The position numbers were made by a program, and so were the translations under genes. Positions 50,826 to 60,645 of a stretch of 64,000 nt of DNA are shown here, in pieces; position 1 is the first letter of the stretch, and each line of letters starts with the position of its first letter. This DNA comes from an uncultured bacterium. Its GTDB lineage: Bacteria; Zhuqueibacterota; QNDG01; DTFT01. The stretch lies in contig CAVTNR010000012.1 in the NCBI GenBank assembly GCA_963736115.1, positions 96,001-160,000 of the forward strand, given 5' to 3'. The notes under the pieces were generated by a model. The model was not told the DNA's origin, searched no databases, and saw only the letters and a program-made list of their open reading frames with translations.

Positions 50826-52714
50826 GGAGGACGCAAGTGATCGAAACACGGTTTCGACGGATTTGCGCAGCTGCCCTGCTGGCCGCGCTTCCGGTCGCCG
50901 CATGGGCCGCGTCCGCGGCGGGCCGCCCGAAAGTCGCGGTCTATATCCGCTCCTACGAGGTCCGGGAAATGAAGGATCCCGCCTGGCTCGAGTCCAGGTG
51001 GAAAACCGTGTCCGACCGGCTCAAGGTGGACAAGGTGTATATCGAAACGCACCGAGACACCCTCATGCCGGACCGGGAAACCGTTCTGGCCGTCAAGCGT
51101 TTCTTCGAATCCAGGGGCGTGGAAACCGCCGGCGGAATCACGCTCACGCTCAACGAGCGGAACCGCTTCAAGACCTTCTGCTACACACGGCCGGACCTGC
51201 GGCGTAAGACGGCGGACATCATCTCCTTCACGGCCGGCCTGTTCGACGAGGTCATTCTCGATGATTTCTTCTTCACCAACTGCAAATGCGCATCCTGCAT
51301 CAAGGCGAAGGGAAAACGGTCGTGGTCGCGTTTCCGCCTCGATCTCATGGAGGAGGTCAGCAGGAATCTGATTCTCAAGCCTGCGAGAGCGGCAAACCCC
51401 CGCGTGAAAATGGTGATCAAGTACCCGAACTGGTACGAGCACTTCCACGCCCTCGGCTTCAACCTGGAGGCCGAGCCTCCGCTTTTCGACGGCATTTACA
51501 CGGGCACGGAAACTCGCGACCCGGTCATCACCCAGCAGCATCTCCAGCCCTATGAAAGCTATCTCATATTCCGTTACCTGGAGAACGTGAAACCTGGAGC
51601 CAATCTCGGCGGATGGGTGGACACGGGCGCGATACGCGACCTGGACCGCTACGCAGAGCAGATCTGGCTTACGCTTTTCGCCAAGGCGCCGGAGCTCACG
51701 CTGTTCGATTTCCGCCAGATGCTGAGGCCCATCAACCCGTCCCTGCGGGCGGCCTGGCAGGGCCAGGGGACCCGCTTCGACTTCGACGCAATGGTCGCGC
51801 CCTTCCTCGGACCGGACGGGACGTGGCCGCAGGAAACGCCCATGGCCCTGGCCGCGCAGCACGCGCTTTCGGCCGTGGAGGGCACGCTCGGGCTTCTGGG
51901 GAATCCCCTCGGCGTGAAGAGCTTCAGGCCGGTTCATTCGACAGGGGAGGATTTCCTGCACAATTTCATCGGCATGTGCGGCGTTCCCATGGACCTTTCA
52001 CCCGCATTCCCCTCCGGCACCGGAACGCTTTTCCTCGCCGAAACAGCCGCCGCTGATCCGATGATCACGGACCGGATCCGGGAGCGGCTGTCGGCGGGCG
52101 CCTCGGTGATCATCACCTCCGGTCTCCTTCACGCCCTCCGGAACAGAGGCATCGGTGATATCGTGGAAATGGACGTCACGGGCAAAAAGACTTTGGCTTC
52201 GGATTTCGTCGCCGGATGGGCGCCGCCTGTTCGGTCGGAGAAGCCGATTCTTCTCCCCCAGATCGCGTACCGGACCAACGACTCCTGGGAGGAAGTGTCC
52301 TTTCTTTCGAACGGGATGGGCTGGCCCCTGCTCCACGAGGCTGATTACGCGTCCGGCCGGCTGTACGTGCTGGCGGTTCCGGACAATCCCGCGGATCTCT
52401 ACGATCTTCCGGCCGGCGCCTTGAACCGAATCCGCCAGGTCCTGTCGGCCGGGCTCCCCGTCCGGATGGAAGGGCCGTCGCGCATCAGCCTGTTCCTGTA
52501 CGACAACGGCATCTGCATCGCTCACTCATTCCGGGATGAGCCTTCGGACATCGTTCTGGTCGGAGACGGCCGCTTCAAGTCGCTCGTCGACGCGGACTCG
52601 GGCCTGCCGGTAAATGGAGAAGCGCGGAAGGACTTTTGGGGGCGGGAAACCGGAGAACAGGCCTTTCCCGTGACAGTGAAGCCGCACTCGTTCCGGGTGT
52701 TCCGGCTCGAATGA
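50822..52714 (+). CDS. Secreted uncharacterised protein, possible TIM-barrel glycoside hydrolase
   Basis: Signal peptide, EVILDDFFFTNCKCASC, YTGTETRD. The start may be GTG 50837 after GAGGAGG. Confidence 0.55.
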   Translation: MRRTQVIETRFRRICAAALLAALPVAAWAASAAGRPKVAVYIRSYEVREMKDPAWLESRWKTVSDRLKVDKVYIETHRDTLMPDRETVLAVKRFFESRGVETAGGITLTLNERNRFKTFCYTRPDLRRKTADIISFTAGLFDEVILDDFFFTNCKCASCIKAKGKRSWSRFRLDLMEEVSRNLILKPARAANPRVKMVIKYPNWYEHFHALGFNLEAEPPLFDGIYTGTETRDPVITQQHLQPYESYLIFRYLENVKPGANLGGWVDTGAIRDLDRYAEQIWLTLFAKAPELTLFDFRQMLRPINPSLRAAWQGQGTRFDFDAMVAPFLGPDGTWPQETPMALAAQHALSAVEGTLGLLGNPLGVKSFRPVHSTGEDFLHNFIGMCGVPMDLSPAFPSGTGTLFLAETAAADPMITDRIRERLSAGASVIITSGLLHALRNRGIGDIVEMDVTGKKTLASDFVAGWAPPVRSEKPILLPQIAYRTNDSWEEVSFLSNGMGWPLLHEADYASGRLYVLAVPDNPADLYDLPAGALNRIRQVLSAGLPVRMEGPSRISLFLYDNGICIAHSFRDEPSDIVLVGDGRFKSLVDADSGLPVNGEARKDFWGRETGEQAFPVTVKPHSFRVFRLE

Positions 52715-52792
52715 AGGACCGGACTCCGCTTGGAATTCACCCTTCAGGGTTTCATTCATGAAAGGCTGAATTCCGGGATCCCTTCCAAAACG

Positions 52793-52832
52793 AAACCTCC
52801 CGCGGGTTCGAACAACCCCCGGGAGGTTTTTC
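52793..52832 (+). terminator. Intrinsic terminator
   Basis: AAACCTCCCG..CGGGAGGTTTTT between convergent genes. Confidence 0.65.
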
Positions 52833-52842
52833 CTTTGGCCTG

Positions 52843-52877
52843 CAGACCTGAAAGGTCTTGAAGACCTTTCAGGTCTG
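52843..52877. repeat. Palindromic intergenic repeat, copy 2
   Basis: CAGACCTGAAAGGTCTT-G-AAGACCTTTCAGGTCTG with perfect 17-bp arms. Confidence 0.8.
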
Positions 52878-52882
52878 GCTTT

Positions 52883-55084
52883 TCAGAACTCATATCCCAG
52901 CGAAACCCGGTACAGCGGCGCATCCTCCCCGGACCGGCGCGACAAAGACCATTGGAGCGGTCCGAACGGCGTCAGCAGTCCCGCGGATGCGCCCCAGCAG
53001 GTCACTTCTCCGCCGCCTCTCCAAAGCTCCTCCACCTTCATTCCCGTCCGCAGATAGCCCGCTTCAGCGGTGACGAAAACCAACTCCCTCGGCTCGATGC
53101 GCAAGCCGATCCGGATGGCCGCCGCGGAACGGCCACTCTCGGACATGAACACCAGACCCGGGAAGGGGATGTAATTCAGCCCCGGTCCGGGAAGTCCTCC
53201 GATCCGGAAAACCTGCTCCTCGACCGCCCGCTTCTGATCCATCCAACCCGCCCACGCATCCGTCAGAAACACGACTCCGGCCGCGAGCGGCGCCGCATTC
53301 CGGAATGAACCGGTCAATTGCCGGAACACCGCTTCGTCGTTGATAAATTCAGGCACTTCGCGGTATTCGAGCTTGAGCCTGGAGCCGCGCCGGGGAAAGA
53401 CCAGGCGGTCCAGATCATCCCGTTTGAGAAAAACCGTCAGCCCGCTGTACCGATACGCGGCATCCGGCCATTCCTCGTCCGATGGAAGCCAGGAGGGCTT
53501 TTTCTCGACCCTGCGATAGAATACGCCCAGGCCGATCAATGATTCATTGGAAAGAAGCCCTTCCACGCGGCCGTCCGCCTCGAGCTGACGCATTCTGTAC
53601 TGGGCGTCCAGCCGGTTCGACTTGTACTCATCCTGCGTCCACTCCTGAAACCGGTACTCGCTTCCGAAGGTCAGCCCCGGATCCCAGCCGATGTCCGTAA
53701 AAAATGCCGCGCGGAATCCCACATGCCGTCCAAGCCTCGCGTCGAAGAGCTGGCGCGACCCCGGACCGAGTTTATTGCGAAGGGTCAGGTTGAACAGAAG
53801 GGCTGTTTCATTGTCCGAATCATAACGCAGGCCGAACCGAATTTCATCCAGCGACCGTTCCGAAACCTCGATCACCAGCTGGCTCCCGGACGTCCTTTCC
53901 TTCAGGCGGTACGAGACTCGCTTGAAAAAACCGCTGCCGTACACCTTTTCCACGGCCGCGTCGATGTCGTCGGCCGTCAGGTGGGCCGGCAGGTTCAGCA
54001 TGAGTCGGCCTACCACCACTTTCCGCGCCACGTGCCTGAGGCCCTCGACGCGCAGGGACGTCACATGCGCGCGGCGTCCGGCCGAAGGAGCCGAAGGCCT
54101 TTCCGGCGCAGGACCGCAGGCAGCCAGCCGTTCCGCAAGGCTGTCCAGCCGGCCGGATACCCGCCGCGCCGCCCGTTCGCCGATGGCGATCAGGCTGTCC
54201 ACATCATTGAAGCTCAACAGGTGATACCCTTCCAGATCCGGGTCGATGAGAATGTCGCATTGCCGCCGCTGTTCCGCGACGGTTGTGACATTGACCAGGG
54301 ACACGGCCTGGTTGACGATGCGGGTCATGTCCCATCCTGTGGCGTCCGGCGGATTCCGGGGCGTATGGACGTCCACGCCGATGACGATGTCCGCGCCCAT
54401 GTCTCGGGCATCCGAGACTGGGAAGTTGTGGACGATGCCGCCGTCGACCAGCAGGCGTCCGTCCAGTTCCACCGGCGTGAACGCGGTGGGGATGGCCATG
54501 CTGGCCCGGATGGCCGCGGGCAAATGCCCGCTTTTCAGGACCACGGCCTCTCCGGTACCGATGTCCGCGGCGACGCACAGAAAGGGTATCGGGAAAAGAC
54601 TGAAATCAGGAATTTCATGCACGGACCAGGTGAGACGGTTCAGCAGTGCCAGCAGTTTCTGGCCTGGAATCAGGCCGGACGGAAGCTCGATGCGGCGGCC
54701 GGAAATCGGGAAAAATCCCATGATCTTCCCGTCTTCCTCCTTTTCGGGCATGGACAGGGCGCGCCTCGGGACCGGATCGAGCAGGAGGTCGTTCCAGTTC
54801 ACGGACCGGGCTATGGCATCGAGCCGTTCCGCGTCATACCCGACGGCATAGAGCCCTCCGATCACCGCGCCCATGCTGGTTCCGGCGATGCAGTCGACCG
54901 CAATGCCTTTTTCTTCCAGCACTTTCAGCACGCCGATATGGGCCAGTCCCTTGGCGCCCCCGCCGCTCAGGGCCAGGCCCACTTTTGGCCGCGTCTTGAG
55001 CGTCTGGCCGTCCGTACCGGCGGACAGGCAGAGGCAGAACGAGATGCACCAGCAGAAAATGAAGCCAGGCCTGAAACCCATCAT
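52883..55084 (-). CDS. Patatin-like phospholipase fused to POTRA and Omp85 barrel (PlpD type)
   Basis: GGGAKG, GTSMG, DGG, a POTRA-like segment, FPRRG and C-terminal SLGYEF. Confidence 0.9.
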   Translation of the reverse strand: MMGFRPGFIFCWCISFCLCLSAGTDGQTLKTRPKVGLALSGGGAKGLAHIGVLKVLEEKGIAVDCIAGTSMGAVIGGLYAVGYDAERLDAIARSVNWNDLLLDPVPRRALSMPEKEEDGKIMGFFPISGRRIELPSGLIPGQKLLALLNRLTWSVHEIPDFSLFPIPFLCVAADIGTGEAVVLKSGHLPAAIRASMAIPTAFTPVELDGRLLVDGGIVHNFPVSDARDMGADIVIGVDVHTPRNPPDATGWDMTRIVNQAVSLVNVTTVAEQRRQCDILIDPDLEGYHLLSFNDVDSLIAIGERAARRVSGRLDSLAERLAACGPAPERPSAPSAGRRAHVTSLRVEGLRHVARKVVVGRLMLNLPAHLTADDIDAAVEKVYGSGFFKRVSYRLKERTSGSQLVIEVSERSLDEIRFGLRYDSDNETALLFNLTLRNKLGPGSRQLFDARLGRHVGFRAAFFTDIGWDPGLTFGSEYRFQEWTQDEYKSNRLDAQYRMRQLEADGRVEGLLSNESLIGLGVFYRRVEKKPSWLPSDEEWPDAAYRYSGLTVFLKRDDLDRLVFPRRGSRLKLEYREVPEFINDEAVFRQLTGSFRNAAPLAAGVVFLTDAWAGWMDQKRAVEEQVFRIGGLPGPGLNYIPFPGLVFMSESGRSAAAIRIGLRIEPRELVFVTAEAGYLRTGMKVEELWRGGGEVTCWGASAGLLTPFGPLQWSLSRRSGEDAPLYRVSLGYEF

Positions 55085-55200
55085 GAACAACGCCTCACTT
55101 GTTCGTCGGTTTTCATCCGCAGGATCGACAGCATGAGATGTGGTTTGTGGTAATATACGAAAAACAGGAACTGGAAACCGGGAATTCTGCACACACATTA

Positions 55201-55237
55201 AAAAGAAGAAGGGGCCGGATGTAAAAACGGCCCCTTC
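55201..55237 (-). terminator. Intrinsic terminator after the MFS gene
   Basis: Minus strand GAAGGGGCCG..CGGCCCCTTC-TTCTTTT. Confidence 0.7.
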
Positions 55238-55374
55238 AGAACACGGAGGAAGGAAAAGAGGAAAATCGACGCGGTTCATACGCTCCGGGAGGCATCGAGC
55301 CTCCCGGAGCGTTTCGTTTCATGCCGGGCCCCGTGATCGCAGGTCGTACTGCCTTCGACCCCGGGGTCGATTTC

Positions 55375-56649
55375 TTACAGCCCGGTCAGAACCGCTTCGA
55401 CCGGTTCGGCCGGGCCGGGCTGAACGGACTTTCCGTTCCCTTTCCTGTACAGGATGGAAAATCCGGCCGCGGCCAGCAGGCCGAGTCCGCCCACGGCCGG
55501 CCAGAACACATCCGGGCCCAACCGGTCATAGCTCCAGGTACCGGCCGCCGGAGCGACAACCAGGGCCAGGGAGAATGTCAGCGAGTACAGCCCCATGACG
55601 GAACCCGTACGGCCGGCCGGCGTCCGTGCCGCCACCCAGGCCGAAGACGGCGAAAAAATCATCATTTCGCCCGCGGTCAAAAGCAGGGTCGCGGCCAGAA
55701 TGGACTCGAACCGGCTCATCCAGGGCAGGGAGGCGAATGCCAACGCGACCAGAACGGTTCCGATCCGTATGAAACGGAGCGGAGGATAGCGCTCGATCCG
55801 CCTCATGAGGGGCATTTCCATGAGAACAATCATGAGCGCATTCGCCGTCATCAGAAGCCCGATACGGCTTTCGGCGAGTCCGTGCACATTCTTCAGATAC
55901 AGCGACCAGGTGCCGAATATCTGGCAGAACATCAGGGTCACACAGAACAGAAGCCCCAGGAAGGCCAGCAGCCGGCCGTCCCGTAACACGGACGGGCCGG
56001 GCCGGGAATTCATGCCCGATCGCGCCGCGCTCCGTCCTCCGCCCGGAAGACGGAGCATAACCGCGGCCGCTGCCAGGGACGTCAAGCCATCCACCCAGAA
56101 CAGGCATGTATAACAGCCCGAAGCTGCGAAGAATCCTCCCAGAACCGGGCCCACCGCGAATCCGAGATTGTGGGCCAGACGCAGGAGCGTGAACCCCCTG
56201 ACCCTGCTCTTCTCTCCGCAAGCCTCGGCAAAGGCCGTGATGTTCGCGGGTCTGAACGACTCGGAAAGCAGGGACAGTATAAAAACAGCCGCGACCAGGA
56301 CCGCGGGGCCGTCCATAAATCCCAGAAGTATAAATCCGGCGCCGGACGCGGCCAGGCTCGCCGTCTGCACGGCTTTGGTACCCAGACGGTCCGACAGCCA
56401 CCCGCCGATATAGGACCCGGCCAGAGATCCGAGACCCCAGACGCTGACCATTCTGCCGGCTTCGACGACGGAGAAGCCCTTCTGCGAAGTCAGGTAAAGC
56501 GGCAGAAAGAAGAACACCATGCTGCCGGACCGGTTGATCAGAACCACCAGGGCCATCCACCAGGCCCGGCCCGGAAGACCGCTGAAGGCGTCCGTGTAAC
56601 GACGGATCCAGTTATTCGGTTGCATGGGTTTTCCAGTCTCACATTTCAT
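55375..56649 (-). CDS. MFS transporter
   Basis: Motif A GGWLSDRLGTK and about 12 TM segments. Confidence 0.92.
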   Translation of the reverse strand: MKCETGKPMQPNNWIRRYTDAFSGLPGRAWWMALVVLINRSGSMVFFFLPLYLTSQKGFSVVEAGRMVSVWGLGSLAGSYIGGWLSDRLGTKAVQTASLAASGAGFILLGFMDGPAVLVAAVFILSLLSESFRPANITAFAEACGEKSRVRGFTLLRLAHNLGFAVGPVLGGFFAASGCYTCLFWVDGLTSLAAAAVMLRLPGGGRSAARSGMNSRPGPSVLRDGRLLAFLGLLFCVTLMFCQIFGTWSLYLKNVHGLAESRIGLLMTANALMIVLMEMPLMRRIERYPPLRFIRIGTVLVALAFASLPWMSRFESILAATLLLTAGEMMIFSPSSAWVAARTPAGRTGSVMGLYSLTFSLALVVAPAAGTWSYDRLGPDVFWPAVGGLGLLAAAGFSILYRKGNGKSVQPGPAEPVEAVLTGL

Positions 56650-56731
56650 GTCCGTTTGGGAAGCCGGCGCGTGCCTTACCCGCCGGTCCGGAAACGGGAT
56701 GGTTGTTGAATTTGGTATGCCAATTTAATAT

Positions 56732-56745
56732 TTAGTATATACTAA
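56732..56745. promoter_or_regulatory. Palindromic operator candidate between the divergent MFS and XRE genes
   Basis: Perfect palindrome TTAGTATATACTAA. Confidence 0.45.
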
Positions 56746-56862
56746 GTCAAGAAGAAAATACTATTCTTTGTTCATTTTTTGTTGAATTCATCTATCCTAT
56801 TGATTATCTTGAGGGCGCACCCGGCCGGTCCCTCCCCCGGCCTTTATCCTGGAGGTTCCCGG

Positions 56863-57471
56863 ATGGACAGACACATCGTGCCTGCGTTCGACCCCCTCAT
56901 GCTCGGCAAGCGCGCCCAACGCGTCCGCATGGAAAAGAGCATGAGCATCGAAGCCCTGGCCGCGGCGGCCGGAGTGAACAAGAACACCGTGGTTCGTTTT
57001 GAAAAGGGCCTGTCCACGCGCATGGACACCGTGTACCGCATCTGCGGCGTGCTCGGCGTGTCGCCACTCCATCTCGTGGAAGGGGGACTGGTGCAGGGCA
57101 AGGACTATGACATCAAGAAGCATGCTGCCCAGGAAAAGTCGCGCCAGGTGCACCGGAAGGATCGCGTCCGTCGCGAGGTCATGCACGGCATGACCGTGGG
57201 CGACCTCAATTACCGCCTTCCCGGCGGCCGGTTGTCCGCCAAGGTGCTGGAGATCACGGGCCGGGGCGCCACGCATTCGCATCCGGGAGAGGAACTGCTC
57301 TTCTGCCTGACCGGATCCGTGGGATTCGAAATCAGCGAAGTAAAAGGGGTGCTGAAAAAGGGCGACGCGGTTTTCTTCTGGGGCACGGAGCCGCACGCGT
57401 ATTTCAACGCGGACGACGGGAAGGATTTGTCCGTGGCGCTGTCGGTGATCGTGGGGGGAGAGGAAAAGTAA
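56863..57471 (+). CDS. XRE-family regulator with cupin domain
   Basis: HTH (SIEALAAAAGVNKNTVVRFEKG) plus HSHPGEE..PHAY; GGAGG RBS. Confidence 0.9.
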   Translation: MDRHIVPAFDPLMLGKRAQRVRMEKSMSIEALAAAAGVNKNTVVRFEKGLSTRMDTVYRICGVLGVSPLHLVEGGLVQGKDYDIKKHAAQEKSRQVHRKDRVRREVMHGMTVGDLNYRLPGGRLSAKVLEITGRGATHSHPGEELLFCLTGSVGFEISEVKGVLKKGDAVFFWGTEPHAYFNADDGKDLSVALSVIVGGEEK

Positions 57472-57473
57472 AG

Positions 57474-57565
57474 AAGTTCATAGTTGAGAGTTCATGGTTC
57501 ATAGAAAGACAAGTTTTTATGGGCTTTCTGCGCTTTTACGAACTATGAACAATACACTCTGAATT
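57474..57565. repeat. Inverted clusters of heptamer repeats
   Basis: GTTCATA/GTTGAGA/GTTCATG/GTTCATA facing GAACTAT/GAACAAT. Confidence 0.55.
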
Positions 57566-57576
57566 GGGTGAATGGT

Positions 57577-57614
57577 AAAACGGGAACTTTCCGAAAAAAG
57601 GTTCCCGTCTTTTT
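57577..57614. terminator. Probable bidirectional terminator
   Basis: AAAACGGGAAC..GTTCCCGTCTTTTT between convergent genes. Confidence 0.6.
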
Positions 57615-57670
57615 ATTCTCCCGGGTCCATCCGCTTCTATTCGACGGCATGCCGCCGCGTTTCGGAGTGA

Positions 57671-59746
57671 TCAGCCATCCTCCAGTTCCACCGCCAGGCA
57701 TCCCGGTTCCGACATGCCCTGTTCATCGTAAATCGCTGAATTCCCTTTGTACTCCTCCCAATCGGCCATATGCCGGACCACCCTGGCTCTGAACACCTCC
57801 GCGGAGTCCGGATGGAACACGCAGAACGGGCACACCCAGTTTCCGCTGACCATGTTGTGAACCGAGACTTCGAAACGTCCCAACGTGCTGTCCCAGGTGC
57901 CGGGATTTCCGAGTACGGTTCCCGGCGAGACCATGTCGCCCGTTTCGACGCGCGGGTTCCGGACATGGTCGTAGCATACCGTCCAAAGGGGATTTCGAAC
58001 GGACCGGACCAGAATTTCATAATCCTGCATTTCGCTCTGGTAGTTGAATTGCTCAACCCGGCCTTCGGCTATGGCGGTGACAAGAGCATCCTTGACGATC
58101 TTGTACTCAAAGGTGTTCAGCACCTTCGTCTGGCCGCCTCCGGCCGGCACGACATCGCCGAACTCGCTGAAGAGTTTCAGTTCACCCGACTTGAAAAGGA
58201 AGTCGCCGGCCCGGTTGGTCGAACGGTTCCATGGAGCGAAACGAACTCCAAGTCCATGGATGAAGAATGCGGGAACCAATTCCGGAATTTCCGCGTGGTT
58301 TACGACTTCCGCGGCGCAGCCGGGCATCGCCTGCGCCGACTCGTCGTAAACCGCCGGGTCCCCCTTGAACACTTCCCAATCGGACATCAATCGCGCCGCC
58401 TTTGCCTTGACCGCGTCGACCGTGACGGGATCGAACAGGCTGAACGGGCAATGCGAGAATCGGTTCGTCGTGTTGATGATCATGAACTGGAACCGTCCGA
58501 GATCATCGTCCCAGTCTCCCGGATTGCCCAGGACGACGCCCGCGGGAATCGTGTCGTTGAGAGTGACCGCCGGATTCCGTATGTGCCCGTAATAAACGTC
58601 CCATTGAGGATCCACGGCCGAACGGACGGTGATGCCGTAATCCTGTGTGTCCTCCCGAAAATCCATCTGAACGACTCGGCCCGAAGCTACGCTTCTAACG
58701 GACGCATTTTTCAAGACACGGCATTCGAAAGCGGGAAAATCCCGGGCCGCGCCGGTTGCATCCGTCACCCGGGCCCCGAATTCCACGAATACCCTGTCTT
58801 CCCCGGTTTTGAACAGAAAGTCACCCGCCCGGTTTGTGGATGGATTCCAGGGGCCGAATTCAACGCCGAGATTACGGACCAGGAACTCGGTCTCCTCGGC
58901 CGGAACCGGATCCGGATCGGGGCCCGGGTCAGGATTCGGATCTTCTCCGGGATCCGGATCCGGTATTGCGATATCCGCTTCCGTATCGCTCAGGGACAGA
59001 ATTCGGCAACCGGTCGTCTCCTGGCCTTCCTGGTTATAGATCGCCGCATCTTTCTTGAATGCCTCCCAATCGGCCATATGCCGGGCCAGCTTCGCACCGA
59101 TGGATTCCACGTCGGATGAATCGAGGAAGCTCAACGGGCAGTACGAATACCGGTCTGTCGTATTGACGACCATGATCTGAAATCGCCCGAGATCGTCGCT
59201 CCATCGCCCGGCGATTCCCAGACGGCTCCCCGCGAAAACCGTGTCCCCGACAGCGACTTCCGGCTCCCGGACATGACTGTAGCATACGTCCCAACGGGGA
59301 TCCGCGATCGATCGGGTCAGTATCCGGTATTCCCCGGTTTGACTCCGGATATTCAACTCCACAACACGGCTCTTGGCCACAGCATGAACGGGCGTATTCC
59401 GGACGATTCTGTACTCGAAAGCCGGGAACGCCTTAACCCGGCCATCCGAGGTTGTTTCCCTCGACCCGAATTCAATGAATACTTTGCGTTCTCCGGATTT
59501 GAACAGAAAGTCGCCCGCCCGGTTGGTGACCCGGTTCCAAGGGCCGAATTCCACGCCAAGCCCGCGGAGAACGAAAATGGAGTCCTCAACCGGCAATGGG
59601 TCCGGCACCGTGTTTCCGTCCATATTGTTATTTTCGGGTTCGGTGCTCTTCTGGCAGAAAAGAAGAAACAGGAGGCCCGTCAGAGCCAGTGTGGTTCCCA
59701 GGCTCCATGAGGTCACAAATGCCGGATGTCGAAGCGGGGATCGCAT
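57671..59746 (-). CDS. Lipoprotein with three tandem M23-like domains
   Basis: ATG 59746 after GGAGG; LLFC lipobox; three repeats of GLGV.F.PWN..TNRAGDFLFK..Y.H...V..GD....G..LG..CP..DWE..K; a Pro-Asp linker. Confidence 0.75.
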   Translation of the reverse strand: MRSPLRHPAFVTSWSLGTTLALTGLLFLLFCQKSTEPENNNMDGNTVPDPLPVEDSIFVLRGLGVEFGPWNRVTNRAGDFLFKSGERKVFIEFGSRETTSDGRVKAFPAFEYRIVRNTPVHAVAKSRVVELNIRSQTGEYRILTRSIADPRWDVCYSHVREPEVAVGDTVFAGSRLGIAGRWSDDLGRFQIMVVNTTDRYSYCPLSFLDSSDVESIGAKLARHMADWEAFKKDAAIYNQEGQETTGCRILSLSDTEADIAIPDPDPGEDPNPDPGPDPDPVPAEETEFLVRNLGVEFGPWNPSTNRAGDFLFKTGEDRVFVEFGARVTDATGAARDFPAFECRVLKNASVRSVASGRVVQMDFREDTQDYGITVRSAVDPQWDVYYGHIRNPAVTLNDTIPAGVVLGNPGDWDDDLGRFQFMIINTTNRFSHCPFSLFDPVTVDAVKAKAARLMSDWEVFKGDPAVYDESAQAMPGCAAEVVNHAEIPELVPAFFIHGLGVRFAPWNRSTNRAGDFLFKSGELKLFSEFGDVVPAGGGQTKVLNTFEYKIVKDALVTAIAEGRVEQFNYQSEMQDYEILVRSVRNPLWTVCYDHVRNPRVETGDMVSPGTVLGNPGTWDSTLGRFEVSVHNMVSGNWVCPFCVFHPDSAEVFRARVVRHMADWEEYKGNSAIYDEQGMSEPGCLAVELEDG

Positions 59747-59790
59747 TGTAGTTTCCTCCCGGTTTGCCGCACCGACCGCGCAGTATGCGA

Positions 59791-59821
59791 ACCTCCCGAA
59801 GGCTGAAAGTCTTCGGGAGGT
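59791..59821. repeat. Intergenic palindrome (REP-like or terminator)
   Basis: ACCTCCCGAAGGCT-GAA-AGTCTTCGGGAGGT. Confidence 0.6.
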
Positions 59822-59829
59822 CCGGCTAG

Positions 59830-60510
59830 CTAGTATGCATCCGCGATGATCTCCATCCACTTCCCTGCCTCCGCCTGCATCGCCGCGGGCTCCTGGATTT
59901 TCCGGCACACAGCCGATCCGCAGAAAATCCCCTCCCGGTCGTAGGCGGCCAACTCCTTCAGATTGTCCATGGAAATGCCGCCCGTGTAGACCATCCGGAG
60001 GCCTTTGTACGCGCTTTTGTACTGTTTGGACAGCGAATAAAAGCGCGTATGCTCCGTAACCGCGGGGAAAAGCTTGTACACCCATTGGTGGGGATGCTTC
60101 TCCCGCAATTCCTCCAGCTCGCATTTGTACAGGTCCGCCTTCTGAACCAGCTGTTTGCCCGCGTCCGAGAGGCCGCCGGGCACGGCGGTCACGTCGCGCT
60201 CCACACAGGCCGCTACCACCGCCGGAATGTAGTCCGCGGATATGATGCCCGACGCGCCCGCGTCCATGGCCCGTTCCGCCTGCCGGGCCGTCATCACCGT
60301 GCCCGCGTAAATCAGCGCGTCCGGGTGTTTCCGCACCGTTTCGCGTATGCCGTCCAGTGCCTTGTCCGTTCGGAACGCCACTTCCAGAATCACCCCGGCA
60401 GGACCGAGGGTTTCATAAGCCGTGACGCAGTCCTCCACGGACTCCGGCGCGAGAAAAGCCAGGAGTCTGCGGGACTTCAGCAATTCGAAGGCTTTTTCGG
60501 ATTGATTCAT
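59830..60510 (-). CDS. eda: KDPG/KHG aldolase, divergent
   Basis: LEVAFRT, AGTV, AGA, YKLFPA (Schiff-base Lys) and TGGI, next to pectin genes. Confidence 0.8.
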   Translation of the reverse strand: MNQSEKAFELLKSRRLLAFLAPESVEDCVTAYETLGPAGVILEVAFRTDKALDGIRETVRKHPDALIYAGTVMTARQAERAMDAGASGIISADYIPAVVAACVERDVTAVPGGLSDAGKQLVQKADLYKCELEELREKHPHQWVYKLFPAVTEHTRFYSLSKQYKSAYKGLRMVYTGGISMDNLKELAAYDREGIFCGSAVCRKIQEPAAMQAEAGKWMEIIADAY

Positions 60511-60645
60511 GATTCCCTTTCATGGAAAATCCAGGGATAAAGGAGCCGGAACGGGGTCGGCCTTTCCAATAATGCTATTATTCTATCATAATCCGTGTCA
60601 ATCCATCCCATCCGCGCCTACGGCGTCCGTGGTCGCTTCTGAAAG

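Noticed and set aside
50050-51207. 385-aa extended nitroreductase
   Set aside because: The extension results from the frameshift at 50741-50745; the repaired frame stops at 50825.
59747-60124. N-terminal extension of the M23-like ORF (similar extensions at 22989-23378 and 16933-17010)
   Set aside because: These overlap neighbouring genes or an attC, and the downstream starts have a clear RBS and signal peptide.
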